Source: Schizosaccharomyces osmophilus
Lineage: Eukaryota
Assembly: GCF_027921745.1 (NCBI RefSeq)
Contig: NC_079238.1
Span: forward strand, 4,030,001 to 4,094,000
Direction: 5' to 3'
Length of the DNA: 64,000 bases
Position numbers and translations under genes: made by a program
Notes under the pieces: model-generated
What the model was told of the DNA's origin: nothing
Databases searched by the model: none
Seen by the model: the letters and a program-made list of their open reading frames with translations, nothing else
Part shown: positions 50,373-61,041 of the stretch, in pieces
Numbering within the stretch: position 1 is the stretch's first letter
Layout: every line of letters starts with the position of its first letter

Positions 50373-51217
50373 TCCCAATTTAAACGACTGTAGCGGGGAC
50401 AGGATCGTTTCGATTTACAGAAATTGGATAAAATTATAATTCCTTTACTTTTCTTTCTGCTGCTAAACAGCCTTTGGACCCAGGTATGCGAATCCGGTAA
50501 TCTTGTTGGGTTAATTAAACTTGTTCACTGGCTTTGTTCTTTTGGATTATTTCTTCTCTCCTTACATTCGTAGTGGAATTTCTCTTGTTCTGAAGTTGTA
50601 TGAAGACGTTTTGTACTTGGCCTTGCTTTCCCCAACGAACATTTCTCAAAAGATGAGAACGTAATAAGTGCGGTAGCATGTTACTGGTATTCGCAAAAAT
50701 TATTGTCAAAGCAAACGCGATTTAGGAAGCCCAATCTCATTTTTCTGTTCAATTGTTTTGTTTCATAAAGAATCAAAGTTGATGACAAACCTTGAGCTTG
50801 TCATTCAAACACCTTGCGTTGACAAGACGAGTCGAGCTTCCTATAGCTTTTCATATGTTTCCAAGTGCTTGAGTCCAAAGTGGGGAGCTTTCAATTTTCA
50901 GCTTTTAACTATAAGCTTTAGTTGTCCTTTGTTTTTATTTTTAATCATCTACACGCAGACTGTTCTTCTATTTCTCATATTACGTTTCCAGAATTGGTTA
51001 GGCAGCATTACCACACAGGAATCGTTTGAGTTTCCCGAAAGAAGCACGAAACGAAAAAAATGGAAAAAATAATATATTAATACATAGTAAAAATATGAAA
51101 ACAAAATCAAAGATTCATATAGAATCGTAATCACCATCAACACTTCTGTCAACTATACTCTTTTCACCACGACTTTTGCATGATATTATTTTTCACACCT
51201 CATTAGTACGATAGGGC

Positions 51218-51270
51218 AGGGTAGGGTAGTGGAGAAATGGATAACGGGCAGTCACGAAAATGTATAAATA
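51218..51270 (+). promoter_or_regulatory. RNase MRP RNA promoter: Homol-E, Homol-D, TATA
   Basis: AGGGTAGGGT 51218-51227, CAGTCACG 51249-51256, TATAAATA 51263-51270. Confidence 0.8.
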
Positions 51271-51301
51271 ATTGCAGGGTATCCATGGGCTAACCTATGC
51301 A

Positions 51302-51716
51302 AAGACACCTTTGAGCTTGAACGATCGTTGTTGAAGCAATCTAACGAAACTTAAGTTTCTTTCGCAGCTTTAGGGAAAGTCCCCGGACTCTTTCGTCCTG
51401 GTTTCGAAATGATCCAGGATAAGCGGAAACGCGCTGACCTAAAGAACCAGCGGTTACAATAGTGGGCTTACCTCGTGGCAGGCGTTGTCTTTATTTTCTC
51501 GTAGCCTTTTTATATGCGTTTTGTTTCCGGAACGGAGTAGACAAGGATACAAGTCTATGGAGCGTGTATAAGGAAGTGTTTGGGAAATATAAAGGTATAT
51601 GCTTTGCGAGGTTTGCCTTTCCATTGAACTGTGTTTATTCGTCGTAGGCGATAGTTATACGATCACATCTACTAATCGATGTAACTCAATGGGGCTTAGT
51701 CATGGGCTCAGAGGTT
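51302..51716 (+). ncRNA. mrp1: RNase MRP RNA (about 415 nt)
   Basis: CR-I GGGAAAGTCCCCGG 51373-51386 and CR-V AATGGGGCTTA 51688-51698 form the P4 pseudoknot; P1 ACCTTTGAGCTT 51307-51318 pairs with GGGCTCAGAGGT 51704-51715; GCGGAAACGC hairpin; T run downstream. Confidence 0.93.
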
Positions 51717-52509
51717 TTTTTGCCAATCTTTTTTTTTTGTGAAAGGTTTGAGTGGTTTCTCTTGTTTGAGAGAGCTTGTTCGATTCAAGCCAAACCTACA
51801 TTAAAAGCCACGCTTATAGAAAGATTGAATCCAAAATATGATGATCAAAAAATACAAGAGTCAAGCACTGATGTGCAAAAAGCACTGTGTTGAGTTATTC
51901 GGTCTGATTTTGGTAAAACTTCTCTGTTCTTAGCGCTTCCTAGTAATAGTGTGTATAGATGAATGGTATTTGTTTATTTACTTAAGATTCTTTTGTTCCG
52001 TACGGGACATCAGAAGGGGTTCTAGCGAAGTTGTAAAGTGTTAAACTTTTTATAGTAGTTTGACTTATTGTTTTTATGGTACTGAGAAGCGTTTTGAAAT
52101 TATGAATTGCTGGTTTACATGGTCTGTTTACAGTGTTTGCGTTCGTGGGGGTCAGCTGTGCATTGTTTGTTGACTTTCCTGGAGAGACACCACTAAAAGG
52201 TTCTTGATGTTTATGGAATTCCAGCAGTCGCATCTCTTCCTTTATCAATTTGCTCACTTTAAGTCTGATTTTTTTGTTTTCGTTTTTGTTTTTGCCTTGT
52301 AATATTTTCAAATTTTTGCTCTTCAAAGTATACACAGTTAGAATCAGGCTTAAAGCTTAAATGCCCTCCTTATCACACAGATTTTGTATGTGATTTTCCT
52401 TATTCTTGTGCATTGTCCCACTTTTCCGAGACTTCGTGCTATTTTTTCTGGGTTCTAAAGACTCTTCTTTTCAAGTCTTGTGCAATTTGTTTTGACGGGG
52501 ATTCGAGAA

Positions 52510-53799
52510 ATGTTAGCCAGCTCTGATCATTCTCAGAAACACACGCAGTCGATTTACCAGAAAATTGTAGACACCTTTTGCAATGTTTTATTCTGTTGTG
52601 TATCCTGTGATAGCTGTGAATTAAGCTGCCAAGAGTGCAATTGTGAAGACCCATCAGTCGAAATTGCGTATGCCGATATTGACATACCAACAGAAACTCG
52701 CTTCCTGCTTCTGAACTCTCTTCCTTGGATTCCTAATATCTGTGAAGTGTTAAGACTAACCGAGTTTGAACTTCCGGATTGTTATGATATTCCAAACCCG
52801 TTTACGCAAGGTTCTCTAAGCAGTGTTTTTCATACGTTCAGTGGTACTTATCTAAAACATAGGTACGAATTGGATGAGCGTGGTTTTTCTATGCCAGACA
52901 AAATATATCACTTTGCACAATATAATAGGTGTGCTGAGGAAAATGTGAAACTGCTACTCAAAAGCCACCGTAGCTTATTTAATCATCTTTGTGAATATCT
53001 TCGTGCTGGCCCCGTTCCCATTTCGGTTTTGATTCACCATGTTATGTTATTTCAATTTTATCCTCCAGCAGTTCAGGAATGTCTTTGGATTGCTGTTGAG
53101 CATTATCTCTCAAATTATGACTACAATCATACCAAACTACTAAAACTTGCTTTACAAAATAGACTTGGCTGTATACGCATGTATCTTGTCAGCCCTAACG
53201 ATATCTACGCGCTTAAAGGAAAGAAGGATTGGGTTGCTGTTGCACGTCCCAATTTTTTGAACTATCTCCAGCTACAATTACCGTTATGCGAGAGCAGTCT
53301 TCCATACGAACTACATGGCTTTGAAACAATGCTGCATTCCGCGTCCTCCGAAGCTGACATTGCCTGGTTATCTATGATGCATTGTGTAGGAAACAACGGT
53401 CATGCTTTTCCCATTCATATGTATATGAACACAAAGGATGCCGTGTTTGAAGGAAATGTCCCAGAATCCGGCCTTTTTCTGTATGATACGGATGCAGTTT
53501 TATTTAAAAAAGATTCTTTTATTCGAGGGTTTTACGACTTTTGTAACCAATTACTCCTGGACATGTGCAAATGTCGGCAATACTACACAGAAAAAGACCT
53601 GGATGATTTTATCTCAATTCGACCGTTGCCCAGCTCAAATCCCAACACGCATCCTGACTCTATTTTCAATGAGTCTAACAGTAGTACTTTAAAACAAAGC
53701 AGGACGCATTTGACTTATTCAGATTCTACCAAGGACTCATCTGAGGATAATATCTCAAAATGTGAATCGTTAAGATATCCTGCTTCTCATAGTAGTTAA
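52510..53799 (+). CDS. Schizosaccharomyces-specific UPF0300/DUF1773-like protein, probably meiotic
   Basis: 430-codon ORF, Cys-rich N-terminus, YPPAVQECLWIAV and HAFPIH motifs; family call from recollection and synteny. Confidence 0.65.
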   Translation: MLASSDHSQKHTQSIYQKIVDTFCNVLFCCVSCDSCELSCQECNCEDPSVEIAYADIDIPTETRFLLLNSLPWIPNICEVLRLTEFELPDCYDIPNPFTQGSLSSVFHTFSGTYLKHRYELDERGFSMPDKIYHFAQYNRCAEENVKLLLKSHRSLFNHLCEYLRAGPVPISVLIHHVMLFQFYPPAVQECLWIAVEHYLSNYDYNHTKLLKLALQNRLGCIRMYLVSPNDIYALKGKKDWVAVARPNFLNYLQLQLPLCESSLPYELHGFETMLHSASSEADIAWLSMMHCVGNNGHAFPIHMYMNTKDAVFEGNVPESGLFLYDTDAVLFKKDSFIRGFYDFCNQLLLDMCKCRQYYTEKDLDDFISIRPLPSSNPNTHPDSIFNESNSSTLKQSRTHLTYSDSTKDSSEDNISKCESLRYPASHSS

Positions 53800-54185
53800 A
53801 CTTTTTCATATATAAAACGTGTGTACAACACTTTCTATATGAAATCAATATTAGTACTACAAAATGAATAAAACATCAAAGTAATACGCTAATATGTGAA
53901 TACTGAAAACCTATGAAATAGAGCTAAAAGCATGTTTACTGTTAATTAGAGTTGTTTAAGCAACCGTCTAGCTTTGGAGAAGGTAACTAAAAGAAAAGAA
54001 AATACAAAAGCAATGCTTGATTTGTATTTTTCATATATATGATTTTTAACTCATGCTGTCATAAATAATAATAAGCACTATAAAATTTGATATCATCCTA
54101 GCAAGGATATATTATAATCACAGTTTGTTCGGCCCGATGACATTGAACTCATTATTGTTGGCAACAACCAAATAGCTTTGAAGGT

Positions 54186-54701
54186 ATGACATCGGGTAAT
54201 CCAGAGAAAACGGTGGACATAACGGTATGAAAAGCATTTTACAGAACAATAGAATTGACTAGGTAATTTTAGAAGCTCAGCCCTGAGGAACAAAAGCTGT
54301 TCCGGCTTTATGGAAGACTTCCGCAGCGTAAAGACCTTTTAGTTCAGAAATTACAGGTAAGTATGAATAATCGAGAAAAGACGCGTATTTCGAACAGATA
54401 TTAATCTGAAAAACGATAGCAAGGAAGAAAGTATTTCGATTCTGGCGATTATGCATTAAATAAAGCTGGCAAGGCATCCGATGCCGGCATAACCTGTATT
54501 GGAAAAGAAATACCTTCTCCAGAAACAATTCCTCATAGGATTGCGGTTACTGGCTCTCCGTCGAAAGAACCATCAATTCACGTCAAGCGTCCAACGGATT
54601 CGGCACCAAGTGAAGTCAGTAGTCGAAGAGAGTCAATAGTCCGACACTTCGACGATGACAATGATGATAATCTAACTCACGAGAATAAGAGTTCTGAATA
54701 G
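54186..54701 (+). CDS. igo1: Endosulfine Igo1 (134 aa); exons 54186-54224, 54273-54356, 54420-54701
   Basis: Spliced translation KLSPEEQKLFRLYGRLP...QGRKYFDSGDYALNKAG contains the Greatwall site FDSGDY; absent from the ORF track. Confidence 0.93.
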
Positions 54702-55433
54702 GAACGCTATTTTAACGTTACGTATAGCCATTTACATGTGCTACTTCATGATGAATATTCGCGATTATTAATCATAAAGGCTCAAGGACTTATCTGCCAT
54801 TATTCTTCTTTCTTATTTCATGTTTTATATTCTGACAGATGGTGTCACTAAGCAAATACTGTATAATAGTTTTGTTCATTTGTGATTTGTATTAACATGT
54901 ACACCTGCCGTGCTTACCTATTACTAGATGGTTTATTCTAGTTCCTCCCCTTTTACTACTTATTTCGTTACTTTTTTTTTCGGTCAGGTACTTTTGGCTT
55001 GTTCATTGTGAATTTCTTTTCTTAAAATTATATATGTTTAGTTAAATTGGTTATGTGAATACTTCAAACTGGAATGGCATGTGAGTATAATGACGGGACT
55101 GTAGATATAGTGGCTGTATGACTATATCTTGTCGTGAGACTTTGTTCTTATGTTACACAATAGGAATTTGTCTTTGTGTAAAGTAAAACCATTATCTTGA
55201 TATTTTTGAAATGTTTATATAGAATGAAAATAAATACTTCATGGTGATAATGCAGATAATTTAGGTACCATATCGGTCGTAGAGAAGTAAGCTATTCATA
55301 GTCATAATAAGCGTATACGCACTTGCACAAAAAAAGTATACCTTTTTCGTTTAGTTCTTTTTGCTTGGGTGTTGTTAAATATATGGAGTTGGTTCCTTGC
55401 CCGTAAATCTCAGGTCTTCCTTTCCAACGACAT

Positions 55434-56825
55434 TCAAGCCGCTTCATTTTCTTCAAAGAACACCACCGTTACTGTAAGATCGTCTCTATACCTTCTGGAG
55501 AGAGGATAGGTCAAAGTAAGAAGAGCTGAAATTGTTTCATCTTTTCCACCTAACGCGTTGCGGACAAGATGGGTAGCAGCATTTTCATCCACAACTGGTG
55601 ATGCTTTATGGAACCAATTGAATAGGTTCAACGTACTTGACGAAAAGTTCTCAGAGGCAGGCTTTTTTCCAAAGTCTGAATTCATCCATTGGCCGACTAG
55701 CTCGACTGCTCGTTCACTAGACATTGTGTCCCATAGACCATCCGAAGCCATAATAAGGAATTTATGTTTCTTAGAATCGACCCTAACTGTTTCCACCTCA
55801 GGAACAGCTGTTACGTATGGAGGGGATTTTACGGGAATGGGGACAGCTGAAAAGTACTCTTTATGCAAACGTTCACTGACTTGTCGAGACCATTTAAATC
55901 TAGCATCACCAAACTGAAACGTTAGTAAAAATCAATATATGCATGCTCATGCAAAGCAACTTACTGCTCGGGAAGGCATTAAACGCCCAAGTATACGGTT
56001 GTTGCGTAGAACAGTTTCACCAGGATGTTCGACTTCCAAACGCGCAGCTTCGTCTGGATTTGCACCTGTTTGGTCGCGGCTTAATGGAACAGCATTCCAG
56101 CTTCCAGAGGAAGTTTGTTCACCCAATACAGCTCGCGAGTCGCCGGTGCAAGCAACTTGCAGAGTCTTTGACTTTGCAGAATATGCAGTTAAAAGAGCAC
56201 AAGAACCGGAAACTGCTGGTAGCAATAAACGAGCCGCATTTTGTACAGATTTTGGATTTTTGAATACAGTTGAAATGTTTTCATGTACAATATGATTATC
56301 CAAATTCTCAAACGCATTGCACAAAGATCGCTCGTAGCTTAAAGCAGAAGGACATGCATTATTCTTCATCGCTGTCATTGCTGTTTTCCTTAGTTCATCG
56401 ACTACTGCTGGGACTAGATGCTGACGCAAGTACAGAGAAGTATTCCAGCCAGAGTGACCATCAAAAACACCCCAGAAGTACCAATTCCCATCGTCAATCT
56501 CCTTCGAAACCGACTCCACGTGGTCGTCCTCACAAGGATCGTTACTTGCTAATTGATTAAAGTCATATCTGGCGATACCATCTCGATTTACAAAAACGGT
56601 CTTTTCATATTCCCGCAAACGACTGTTAATACTTTCAGGGTCCTTAGGTGGTAATCGAACCTTTGACGGATTTGAATAAGTTGTATTCGGTGGATCTAAT
56701 TGAACAGCATTTTGTTCACGTAGATGATATGCGGCATATCCTATTGAAGAAACAATGGCAGTAGTAATGGAGACTTGCTTGAGATAACTAATGCCCCTAG
56801 CCGACTTTGAGGTGAAATATCCCAT
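55434..56825 (-). CDS. ptc5: Mitochondrial PP2C pyruvate dehydrogenase phosphatase; intron 55964-55914
   Basis: GVFDGHSG, TGDSRAVLG, RLMPSRA|FGD, ASDGLWD, RRYRDDLTV. Confidence 0.9.
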
Positions 56826-57262
56826 TTTAAAACGAAAATAATTCCTTAGTTCAAGTTGTTAAAAGGCTGTCTAACTAGCCATATCAGTCAACAATGGATT
56901 GAGATATTTTACGAGGTTTACAAAGGAACACAGTAGTAAACAAAGAGTAAATACGGCTTCATGAAGCATGAAGGACTGACTTGTCTTCTGACAAAGTGAA
57001 TGAAAGAAACGGAGTGCTTCTATGACTCTAATCAACGGTTTCGATCGGTCTTCGGCATACATTATTTGGGAATTGAGATCTTTGTGGATGTTTAGTCTTT
57101 GTAGTGAACGTGAAAGCACAGAGCAAAAGTATACAGGATCAAAGAGAGTACTATTTATATTGTAAAATATAATGCAAATCAGTTCTGTGGTATCTAACAG
57201 AGGAATTGGATTTGGAGCACAAACATAGAAACGAAAATAATCAGGATTTCACTATTATAGTC

Positions 57263-57754
57263 TTAGTTAATTAAAACATCACTAAGTACATTTCGGAAAG
57301 CAGAATATTCAGGCTCAGGAAATGGCTTTAGCTTTGTACTGAATAAGGCCTCAACTCCCTGAGCAAGATCTCTATAAGAACATGTTATCAGATAATCCAA
57401 AGAAGCCAGCTTATTTGCAAGCTCAAGCTGATGATTATCCATCAAAGATTCATTTGGTACAACGATGAGAGGCTTCTGAGCGCGCAAGCATTGAAGAATA
57501 CTACCTGCACCGGCATGAGAAATAACAATCGAAGACGAGTCAATGTATGATCCAATTTCGGGTGCATAGTCGAATCCGGATATGGAAATTCCTTTAATAG
57601 GTTTTGGAGTTCCAAAAGCCTCTTTACCGTTTCCAAATTGAACAATTAATTGAGTGATTCCATGCTGTAAGAGCTGGTACTGTGTCTCAGCATGTAAGAC
57701 GCTAGAAACAAGTTCATCAAATCTTGTAGAACCGACGGTAACAAACGCCTTCAT
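57263..57754 (-). CDS. alg13: UDP-GlcNAc transferase subunit Alg13
   Basis: [30 protein letters not shown]. Confidence 0.95.
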   Translation of the reverse strand: MKAFVTVGSTRFDELVSSVLHAETQYQLLQHGITQLIVQFGNGKEAFGTPKPIKGISISGFDYAPEIGSYIDSSSIVISHAGAGSILQCLRAQKPLIVVPNESLMDNHQLELANKLASLDYLITCSYRDLAQGVEALFSTKLKPFPEPEYSAFRNVLSDVLIN

Positions 57755-59074
57755 TTTTCGTTTCTCATCAACGACAAACCTATCGAACGTTGTACAGTTA
57801 GTAAGACTTGTCGGCTTTTTAGGGTAAGGAACAAATGATGAAAGAAGGAAAAAACGAACTGTAGCACAATGAATATTCTTGGAAGAAGAAAAAAGTTTTA
57901 TCTACATATGGATGTGTGTTGTGTCCGTTCCTTTTTTTTTTTTATGTGGTGAAATGATATTATAATTCTGTTGTTGAGTGAACTGTTCCCAAATCGGCAA
58001 TATTTTAATAAAAGCTCGAAAGATCGAATGAAGAATGGTACATCTATTGATCAGTCCGTTAGAAAAGACTTGCTGTTGACGGTGACTCTCAAGAATGTGA
58101 GCAATTTTAAAAATGCAATTCATGCCTAGCTCTACAGCTACGCTAATTATGGAACCACATATACTCTCTAGCTATCACTAATAATCAGCAAGACAGGCTA
58201 CTTTTTGTTCACAGGTTGGAGACCTTATGAAGACACTTCATTGACGTTTTCGTTTTCGACCAATTTCAGAAAAGGCGAGTGTTGAAATCGATTGAACAAA
58301 AACAGAAAGAATAAAATTGCTTTTCGAAAGTTTCCATGGTCCCCTTCTCTCATTCCTACTTGGCCTGAATCTGTATATGCATATGTAGTGCTTTTCTTGA
58401 AACTCTGAGTCTGAAAAGAACACATAATAAAGTCATAAAATCATTCACTCGAATGCTTCTCGTATAAGGATTTATTGGACGTTCACAGCATTCTTTCGTG
58501 AACTCTTGTCGCATAGTTTGCCTCAATGATGAGCAAAGTGAAATGATAACTTGACTGCGGTTTTCTCCCAGTCGAGCAACAGAATGTTTTACAAAATCAA
58601 CGAAGGTTTTTATTTTACCAAAGTTATCGAATGCGATACCCAGCGACTGCAAATACAAGCAAGAAGTAAATCTTCCATACTGTGTATTTAAGTGAGCGGT
58701 TCCTCGTCCTTGTAGCTGATATTTTTAGAGAAAGCGCAAGGTTCTCAATTCTATGAATTGAAAAGGCTTGACTGTTTAGAGAACACTTCGGTAGCAAAGG
58801 CGAATATTACATATCGAAATATCCATCGGGTTTTTAATTAAACAAAAAAAAAAAAAAAAAAGTTGAATGTATGCTAGCACACTTCTTTCTCACTTGTCAA
58901 TTAGTAAAGAACATCAAAAGTCCGTAGAAATTGCTGTTTATCATGACTACATCTCTTGCGGCTAAGTGTATTACCTTGCACCGAAGTAAAAAATTCTAAC
59001 CATAACCAACATATCAAAGCCGGTGTGAATTGCACTGCATAGAATAAAAGAGACAAAAGAGGAAGATAAAGGCC

Positions 59075-60487
59075 ATGTCGGTTCAACCTAAAGATCTATC
59101 TCATCACCTTTCGGTGGAATCCGCTTCTCGTAAACCTTCTCCTTTAAAGGCAATTGCAGGCGCCGTGAGCAAGAAGGGAATCAATGTGATTTCTTTAGCC
59201 GGAGGACTTCCTAATCCTCAATACTTCCCCTTCCGTGAAATGGGTGCAGAAATCCCATCCATCGGTTCTTGGGTTCGTGGTGCTGAGAATGAAGGCAAGT
59301 TATCCAATGTCTCTGTTTCCATGGATTCTGAGAATCAAGATGACTTACCCCTTTCTGTCGCTTTGCAGTACGGAAAAGGTGCTGGTTGTGCTCCATTGTC
59401 AAAATTTTTGAAGGAACATACTCAATTGATTCACTCTCCTCCTTATAAGGACTGGGACATTTTGCTTACTACTGGTAATACCCAAGCTTTGGACATGTGT
59501 TTGCGTATGTTATTGAACAGAGGAGACAGTATCCTTGTGGAGAAATACACCTTTCCCTCCGCTCTTCAAGCTATGCGTCCCATGGACTTGAACATTGTCT
59601 CAGTTGACATGGACCAGAATGGCATGTTGCCCGAATCCTTGGAACAGATTCTAATTAATTGGAAAGATGGAAACAAGCCTCGCGTCTTGTATACCATTCC
59701 TAGCGGACAAAACCCCACTGGTAGTACCTTGTCTGTGGAACGTAAGGAGAAAATCTACGCCCTTGCTCAACAACATGACTTTATCATTATTGAGGACGAA
59801 CCGTACTATTATCTTCAAATGGATGAATACCAACATAAACCTGAAGCCGTTGATCCCAAGTTCACTAATGAAGAGTTCGTTAAGAATTTAATTACCTCTT
59901 TCTTGCACTTCGATGTCGATGGCCGTGTCATTCGCATGGACTCTCTTTCAAAGGTTGTTGCTCCTGGTTCTCGTGTTGGTTGGGTCACTGCTCAACCTAT
60001 GTTCATTGAGCGTAGTCTCCGCTATACCGAAACTGCTTCTCAAAACGCTTCTGGTATCTCTCAGGCCCTTTTGCAAGCCTTGTTCCAAACCTGGGGACAT
60101 GATGGATACCTCGCATGGCTAAAGAACATTCGTTTTTCTTATACAGAACGTCGTAATGCTTTACTTTATGCTATGGAGAAGCACCTTCCCAAGTCTATTT
60201 GTTCTTACATTGCCCCTGAAGCCGGCATGTTCATTTGGTTTGAGGTGGACAAGTCAGCATATAAGTTTGCCGATCAAGGCAAAAGCATTGCTGAAATTGA
60301 ATCAGAGATACATGATGAAGCTATTCAAGATGGTGCCAATGTTGCTTGCGGCAATTGGTTCGTTGTTGATTCTTCAATTAACGACAAGATCTTTTTCCGT
60401 GTTACTTTTGCTTACGCTGAACTTTCTGAGTTTGAAATTGCTATAGAACGTTTTGCTAATGTTTTGAAGAAGTTCTTCAATTTTTAA
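59075..60487 (+). CDS. Aromatic/aminoadipate aminotransferase (Aro8-like, class I PLP)
   Basis: ISLAGGLP, LQYG, GQNPTG, EDEPYY, DSLSKVVAPGSRVGW. Confidence 0.9.
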   Translation: MSVQPKDLSHHLSVESASRKPSPLKAIAGAVSKKGINVISLAGGLPNPQYFPFREMGAEIPSIGSWVRGAENEGKLSNVSVSMDSENQDDLPLSVALQYGKGAGCAPLSKFLKEHTQLIHSPPYKDWDILLTTGNTQALDMCLRMLLNRGDSILVEKYTFPSALQAMRPMDLNIVSVDMDQNGMLPESLEQILINWKDGNKPRVLYTIPSGQNPTGSTLSVERKEKIYALAQQHDFIIIEDEPYYYLQMDEYQHKPEAVDPKFTNEEFVKNLITSFLHFDVDGRVIRMDSLSKVVAPGSRVGWVTAQPMFIERSLRYTETASQNASGISQALLQALFQTWGHDGYLAWLKNIRFSYTERRNALLYAMEKHLPKSICSYIAPEAGMFIWFEVDKSAYKFADQGKSIAEIESEIHDEAIQDGANVACGNWFVVDSSINDKIFFRVTFAYAELSEFEIAIERFANVLKKFFNF

Positions 60488-61041
60488 ATGTTAGTGGCAA
60501 CTGCTGCACTCTTTACTGAAAGCGATAATCCACTATGATTATGGTATTTCACCACTTTTGTTTTCTTTTTGTGTTCATATGAAACTACACTCTTTAACCC
60601 AAATTAATAAATCATCTTTTATGATCTTGAATACATGTAATTTGTAAACTCTTTACCTACTACACCTTGTACTCTATTTGGAATTATATATTAACGATTG
60701 TTCATGTACAATGTTTAAAACTAGTATAAAAATTCATATTCATCTCATAAGAAGGAAACTATTTTATTGTTAAAAAACGCATTACCTAATTCGAGTGATG
60801 ATTGTTCGTAAACAAACGGCATATATGCAACGAAGTAATTAGAGATATTCGATTGGTACAGAATTTATCAAAAGTAATGAAAGTAAATTCACATCTCCTA
60901 AATTCAGGGTATAAGTACATTATGTAGCTTTACAGGGTATAATTTCCACCAACAGCTTCCAATCCGTATGACAAACAAATGGATGAAGCCTGGACGAAAT
61001 AAATACACAAACATTATCCTCAGAGTTCATAAGCTTAATTC

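Noticed and set aside
51212..51232. GGGCAGGGTAGGGTAGTGG as G-quadruplex or telomeric seed
   Set aside because: Only three GGG runs; better explained as the Homol-E element
51462..51893. Short ORFs of 61 and 63 aa
   Set aside because: They overlap the RNase MRP RNA and its 3' flank; not coding
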